64,000 nucleotides of DNA from an uncultured Chloroflexia bacterium (lineage in GTDB: Bacteria; Chloroflexota; Limnocylindria; Limnocylindrales; CSP1-4): contig CAVQJC010000006.1 in NCBI GenBank assembly GCA_963712745.1, forward strand, positions 1 to 64,000. The letters are read 5' to 3'. A model generated the notes under the pieces. It did not search any database. It saw only the letters and a program-made list of their open reading frames with translations, and was not told where the DNA came from. Positions 59,507-64,000 of this stretch are shown piece by piece. The translations under genes and the position numbers were made by a program. The stretch's first letter is position 1, and the number at the start of each line of letters is the position of its first letter.

Positions 59507-60622
59507 ATGGACCGCTACCGATACGCCCTTTCCCGCCGACACTTCCTGCAGGCCTCGGCCGCGACGGTGGGCGCAGCCGCGCTCGCCGGCCTCCTGCCAC
59601 GGACGCTGCTGGCCCAGGTCGAACCCGGGGCCTTCGAGGTCACCAGCCCGAACCCCACGCCCGACAGCCAGGCCACGGTGCTCGTGGACGACGTGCTCGA
59701 CTTCAGGCTGCGCGGGGATTTCGCCTGGAACGGAGGCTGGGTCCAGTTCCGGCTGCACGAGGGTCGCATCGACGGCGAGCCCATCTGGTACATCCGCACC
59801 GATACCAGCGACCAGACCTTCGCGAGCGACGAAGGTCTGGTGTGGGTGCCACTGCTGGGGCTGGCCCGCTCGGTGGAGGGTGGCACCGGCCGCATCTACC
59901 TCTTCGATGACGGGCGACCGGCGGTGCTCTCGACCGGACCCGGTCGCGACGATTTCACCCCGCTCTACGAGGTCGTTCACGTGCGCGGCGATGGAGCCGG
60001 CGCGCTGGAGTCGGCAACGGCCGTGGAGGAGGCGGCCGCTGCCGGCACGGTCACGCTCGAAGAGACGCCGGTGGTGGTCAACTACCCGGCGGTCAAGTGG
60101 CCCGGAGGCGAGCTGCCGGTCGACTCGGTGGTGGAGCTGCCGCTGGCCAATGGGCCGCTGCTGGAAGCGCCGGATACGTCGGCCGGCACGGTCACCTTCA
60201 AGCTGCACCAGTGCTACCCGGAGAGCCGCTACATCATCACTGACACCTCGGCCGTGCCCATGGCACCGATGATGTCCATCCCCGGCTCGCCGGCCACGGC
60301 CGGTCTGGGCGCGGTCGGAGCGGCCTCCACCATCACCGTCTTCGGCAACGGCCTCAGCGGGCCGGGCGCCATGGGCTTCCAGCCAGGCGTCTTCCGCGAG
60401 AAGGCCGGTGAGCCGGCCTGGAGCCCGCTGTGGGACCACTTCACCGCAGTGTGGAAGGATCCCGCCGCCGCCACCCTGTTGACGACCCAGGCCGAGATCA
60501 GCGAGCTCGTCGCTTCCGGAGCGCTGGAACTCTTCGTGGGTACTCCCGATACCGGCGGCCAGGGCTTCGTCGTCAACTGCCCTGCACCGATCACCGCGCC
60601 CAACGATTTCGTCGTTTCGTAG
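59507..60622 (+). CDS. Tat-exported protein with two related repeats (DUF7482-like)
   Basis: Tat motif 'SRRHFL'; repeats 'YIRTDTSD...FTPLY...VVNYP' and 'YIITDTSA...WSPLW...VVNCP'. Confidence 0.78.
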   Translation: MDRYRYALSRRHFLQASAATVGAAALAGLLPRTLLAQVEPGAFEVTSPNPTPDSQATVLVDDVLDFRLRGDFAWNGGWVQFRLHEGRIDGEPIWYIRTDTSDQTFASDEGLVWVPLLGLARSVEGGTGRIYLFDDGRPAVLSTGPGRDDFTPLYEVVHVRGDGAGALESATAVEEAAAAGTVTLEETPVVVNYPAVKWPGGELPVDSVVELPLANGPLLEAPDTSAGTVTFKLHQCYPESRYIITDTSAVPMAPMMSIPGSPATAGLGAVGAASTITVFGNGLSGPGAMGFQPGVFREKAGEPAWSPLWDHFTAVWKDPAAATLLTTQAEISELVASGALELFVGTPDTGGQGFVVNCPAPITAPNDFVVS

Positions 60623-60644
60623 TCCAGTCGTTTCGTGGGCGCGC

Positions 60645-60716
60645 CTCACGCCGTGGGTCGTACGATGTAAGGGCAAAGCCGTACGGTGTAAGACTATCAA
60701 CACCCTACACTGTAAG
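60645..60716. promoter_or_regulatory. cluster of palindromic TetR-type operators
   Basis: cgtacgatgtaag (60659), cgtacggtgtaag (60680), cctacactgtaag (60704), plus a weaker ctcacgccgtggg (60645). Confidence 0.7.
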
Positions 60717-60757
60717 GGACCGTACCCTAGAGTCGCGGTACAGGGAAAGGAGGAGCG

Positions 60758-61561
60758 ATGGCCACCCGCACCCAGGTGGATCGGGCCGCACGCGTCCCCC
60801 GCACCCAGGTGGATCGGGCCGCACGCGTCCCCCGCACCCAGGTGGATCGGGCCGCACGCGTTCCCCTCACCCGGGAGCGCGTGATCGAGGCCGCCATCGC
60901 TTTCGCCGACGAGCACGGCATCGAGGAACTGAGCATGCGCAAGCTGGGCCAGGAGCTGGGCGTGGAAGCGATGTCGCTCTACTACCACGTGGCCAACAAG
61001 GAGGAGATCGTCCACGGCATGGTCGATGCGGTGGCCCAGGAGATCGGCATCGTGGACGCAGGGCCGGACTGGAAGGCGGCCATGCGCACGCAGATCCTGA
61101 CCGCTCGCGAGGTGATGAAGCGCCACCAGTGGGCACCCGGCGTCATCGAGACACGCAAGACGATGTCGATGCCGATGATGCGCTACATGGACTCGGTGGG
61201 CGGCATCTTCCGCAGCGGTGGCCTCAGCGTCGACCTCATGCACCACGCCATGCACGCGCTCGGCAGCCGCGTTCTCGGCTTCAGCCAGGAGCTGTATGAC
61301 GAATCGGAAGCGATGGAGGCGAGCCCGGAGGCTGAAGCCGTGATGATGCAGCAGATGGCGGACGAGTTGCCCAACATCAGCGCCATCATCCAGGAGATCC
61401 AGCACCAGGAGGAGACGATCCTCGGCTCGGGCTGCGACGACGATGTCGAGTTCCGCTTCGCCCTGGACATCATCCTCGAGGGCCTGGAGCGCAAGCGCGA
61501 CGAGGAGCTGGCGCGCGACTCGGGTGAGATGACGGCCGAACCACCGATGGCGCCGGCCTGA
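60758..61561 (+). CDS. TetR/AcrR family regulator (TetR_C type)
   Basis: 'LSMRKLGQELGVEAMSLYYHVANKEE', 'FALDIILEGL'; AGGAGG RBS. Confidence 0.93.
   Translation: MATRTQVDRAARVPRTQVDRAARVPRTQVDRAARVPLTRERVIEAAIAFADEHGIEELSMRKLGQELGVEAMSLYYHVANKEEIVHGMVDAVAQEIGIVDAGPDWKAAMRTQILTAREVMKRHQWAPGVIETRKTMSMPMMRYMDSVGGIFRSGGLSVDLMHHAMHALGSRVLGFSQELYDESEAMEASPEAEAVMMQQMADELPNISAIIQEIQHQEETILGSGCDDDVEFRFALDIILEGLERKRDEELARDSGEMTAEPPMAPA
60767..60865 (+). repeat. 3 x 33-bp in-frame tandem repeat (RTQVDRAARVP)
   Basis: cgcacccaggtggatcgggccgcacgcgtcccc x3; the third copy has one substitution. Confidence 0.95.
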
Positions 61562-61608
61562 GGCTGCCCGGCCGATCACCGGTCCCTCACCGGCCTATGG
61601 CTGGGCTG

Positions 61609-62022
61609 TCACCCCCGCTCACTCCGCCAGATGCTGAGACCGGTGTGCGGCGCCATGTGGCCGAAGTCGCCGTCAGTGGTCAGCATCACGAGATCGTGCC
61701 GTAGACACAGCTGAGCCAGTAGCGCGTCGACAGTCCCCACCTGGACACCGCGGCGGCGGCACCTGGTGCCCACTTCGGCCGCCGCGATGTGGTCTGCACG
61801 GTCCGGCATGAGAAGCGGGAGCGCCTCGAAACGTTCGATGAGCGAGGCGCGGTCCTTCGGCCCTCGCAGTCCCTGGAGCAGCTCCTGGAGTACCAGTCCG
61901 GTGGTGAAGATGGCCTCTCCTGTCTGGAGCGCAATCCGCAACCGCTCCACCGTCGGATCGACGACAGGTGCGTCCCGGCGCAAGGCCAGCGACCAGACAC
62001 TGGTATCGACGAACAGGTTCAC
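61609..62022 (-). CDS. vapC: VapC PIN-domain toxin
   Basis: 'FVDTSVW', 'QELLQG', 'VDALLA', 'TTDGDF'. Confidence 0.92.
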   Translation of the reverse strand: MNLFVDTSVWSLALRRDAPVVDPTVERLRIALQTGEAIFTTGLVLQELLQGLRGPKDRASLIERFEALPLLMPDRADHIAAAEVGTRCRRRGVQVGTVDALLAQLCLRHDLVMLTTDGDFGHMAPHTGLSIWRSERG

Positions 62023-62219
62023 CGGCGCGAGCGGTCCGCCTTGTAGTCGTAGTCACGGTCCCAGTCGAGTGCACCGAACAGTTCCGTCAGGCGTCGCTGC
62101 TCGCGTCGGGCGATGTACTCCTCGAGCGCACGCGTCACGGCGGCTGTCTTGGTGCGTTCGCCGCCTACTTCGACAGCCTTCACGAGCAGCGCAGGTTCGA
62201 TATCCAAGTTGGTGGTCAT
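62019..62219 (-). CDS. vapB: VapB antitoxin
   Basis: 'MTTNLDIE...TKTAAVTRALEEYI...DYDYK'; GTGA overlap with vapC. Confidence 0.88.
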   Translation of the reverse strand: MTTNLDIEPALLVKAVEVGGERTKTAAVTRALEEYIARREQRRLTELFGALDWDRDYDYKADRSRR

Positions 62220-62249
62220 GTGCAGATGCTCGCACAATCAATCGCACAA
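62219..62249. promoter_or_regulatory. probable VapBC autoregulation site
   Basis: inverted tgtgc-N8-gcaca and direct tcgcacaa x2 at the vapB start. Confidence 0.55.
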
Positions 62250-62323
62250 GACAATGGCACGTGCGGCCGCACCAGCAAGCCCTATCCTGAGATGGTCACA
62301 GCGACCGTCGAGGGAGGAGTCTG

Positions 62324-63952
62324 GTGCGACTTGCTGAAGCCCTGCTCCAGGCGCTCCGTGGAGCGGGGGCGCGCGAGATCTTCGGCATCCCGGGTGACTT
62401 CGCCCTGCCCCTCTTCGAAGTCATCGAGCGCACCCGCGAGCTGCCGCTGTACACGCTCAGCCACGAGCCAGGAGTGGGCTTCGCGGCCGACGCTGCCACC
62501 CGCTTCCACGGCGGGGTCGGCGTGGCGGCTATCACCTATGGCGCCGGCGCCTTCAACCTCGTCAATGCCATCGCCGGCGCCTACGCCGAGCGCTCACCGG
62601 TGGTCGTGCTCTCGGGTGCGCCGTCACGGATGGAGCGCTCCCGTGGCCTGCTCGTCCACCACCAGGCGCGCACCCTCGAGTCGCAGCTCAATGTCTATCG
62701 CGAGATCACTTGCGACCAGGCCGTGCTCGACGACCCGGCCACAGCGGCCGCAGCCATCGCCCGCGTCCTGCGCACGTGCCGGGAGCACTCGCAGCCGGTG
62801 TACCTGGAGATCCCCCGCGACATGGTCGGCGCGGAGATCGGCGAGGTGCCCGAGCTGCCGCCCAGCCCGGTCGACCCCGAAGCGGTCGACGCTGCCGCAG
62901 CGGAGATCCTGGCCAGGCTGGAGGACGCCTCCTCGCCCGTGCTCATGGTCGACGCCGAGATTCGTCGATACGGCGTCGAGGACAAGGTAGCCGAGCTCGC
63001 TCAGCGGCTGGACATCCCCGTCGTGACGACCTTCATGGGTCGCGGACTGCTGGCCGAGGCATCCAACCCGCCGATGGGCACCTACATCGGGGTGGCCGGC
63101 CAGGCTGAGATCACAGAGCTCGTCGAGTCGTCGGACGCGCTCTTCCTGCTCGGCGTCATCCTCTCGGACACCAACTTCAGCGTGTCGATGCGCCAGATCG
63201 ACCTGCGCCAGACGATCATCGCGGCCGAGCGCCGGGTGCGGCTCGGCTTCCATACCTATGCCGAGGTCCCGCTCGAGGACCTCATCGATGCGATGCTCGC
63301 CCGCGCTCGCCCGGCGGGGATCAGGCCGGACCTTCCTGCGCCGCCCGAGCCACCCTTTGGACTCGCCGCCGACGAGGCGCCGGTCACCCCCACCGACATC
63401 GCCACCGCGGTCAACGACATGATGCGCGACCACGGCGCGATGCCCATGGCTTCAGACATGGGCGATTGCCTCTTCACAGCCATGGACATCGCCCAGCATG
63501 CTCTGGCCGCGCCCGGCTATTACGCGGGCATGGGGTTCGGCGTGCCGGGCGGGCTCGGCGTGCAGGTCGCAAGCGGCGAGCGGCCGCTCATCCTCGTCGG
63601 TGACGGCGCCTTCCAGATGACCGGCTGGGAGCTGGGCAACTGCCGCCGATACGGCTGGGACCCCATCGTCATCGTCTTCAATAACGCCAGCTGGGAGATG
63701 CTCCGTGCCTTCCAGCCGGGCGCCGCCTATAACGACCTGCCCGACTGGCCCTTCCATGAGCTGGCCGACTCACTCGGTGGCGTGGGTATCCGTGTGCACA
63801 CCCGGCGCGAGCTGGCCGAAGCCCTCGAGCATGCGGTAGCCGATCGCGGCCGGTTCGTGCTGCTCGACGTAGTCATGGAGCGCGGCCGGATCTCGAGCAC
63901 GCTGAGCCGCTTCGTCGAGAGCTTCGAGCGACGGCGATCCCAAGGCGCGTAG
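62324..63952 (+). CDS. ipdC: indolepyruvate/phenylpyruvate decarboxylase (TPP-dependent)
   Basis: 'FGIPGDFALP', 'SHEPGVGF', 'TYGAG', 'HHQ', 'GDGAFQMTG...NN'. Confidence 0.9.
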   Translation: MRLAEALLQALRGAGAREIFGIPGDFALPLFEVIERTRELPLYTLSHEPGVGFAADAATRFHGGVGVAAITYGAGAFNLVNAIAGAYAERSPVVVLSGAPSRMERSRGLLVHHQARTLESQLNVYREITCDQAVLDDPATAAAAIARVLRTCREHSQPVYLEIPRDMVGAEIGEVPELPPSPVDPEAVDAAAAEILARLEDASSPVLMVDAEIRRYGVEDKVAELAQRLDIPVVTTFMGRGLLAEASNPPMGTYIGVAGQAEITELVESSDALFLLGVILSDTNFSVSMRQIDLRQTIIAAERRVRLGFHTYAEVPLEDLIDAMLARARPAGIRPDLPAPPEPPFGLAADEAPVTPTDIATAVNDMMRDHGAMPMASDMGDCLFTAMDIAQHALAAPGYYAGMGFGVPGGLGVQVASGERPLILVGDGAFQMTGWELGNCRRYGWDPIVIVFNNASWEMLRAFQPGAAYNDLPDWPFHELADSLGGVGIRVHTRRELAEALEHAVADRGRFVLLDVVMERGRISSTLSRFVESFERRRSQGA

Positions 63953-64000
63953 CCGCGGCCCACTTCTCTACATCCCTGGTTGCCGCTGCGCGGGAGAACT

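Noticed and set aside
57061-59910. 949-aa plus-strand ORF
   Set aside because: Antisense shadow of pepP and the M24 gene; no motifs; typical of high-GC DNA.
60767-60865. Possible CRISPR array (33-bp repeats)
   Set aside because: No spacers, in frame within TetR, and no cas genes.
59474-61579. 701-aa minus-strand ORF
   Set aside because: Shadow of the Tat protein and TetR genes.
61609-62249. Mobile element around vapBC
   Set aside because: No transposase, integrase, terminal repeats or target duplication recognised.

Overview
High-GC bacterial chromosomal segment, densely coding with about 55 genes and fragments. The gene mix suggests a Chloroflexota (Limnocylindria-like) or Acidimicrobiia-like genome, which is inference only. 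I recognised no rRNA, tRNA, CRISPR array, transposase or prophage. Contents from left to right: CGNR regulator/EamA pair; a decayed sugar-acid catabolic remnant; hydantoinase/oxoprolinase A+B behind amrS-amrB; a sugar ABC transporter with a UroD/MtaA-family Zn enzyme, ROK kinase and NagB-like protein; a RanBP2-type zinc-finger protein; an ECF sigma/anti-sigma pair; YbdK ligase plus M20 amidohydrolase; LLM oxidoreductases; a ~1550-aa secreted multi-propeller protein; adenine deaminase; an atypical CLC; an Fds-type formate dehydrogenase operon with fdhD and mobA; a J-domain/adenylate cyclase/DUF2161/DJ-1 run; PepP plus a metal-less M24 protein; a Tat-exported two-repeat protein; TetR; VapBC; and IpdC. 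Four single-base frameshifts look like sequencing errors. Best novelty candidates: (1) a DUF5939 cyclase translationally coupled to a DUF2161 PD-(D/E)XK protein; (2) a remodelled nucleotide-binding site in the FDH diaphorase, possibly NADP+-specific; (3) an orphan UroD/MtaA enzyme in a sugar cluster; (4) a barrel-less mini amidohydrolase; (5) a CLC lacking the gating glutamate. All family calls come from motif recognition by eye, not database searches.
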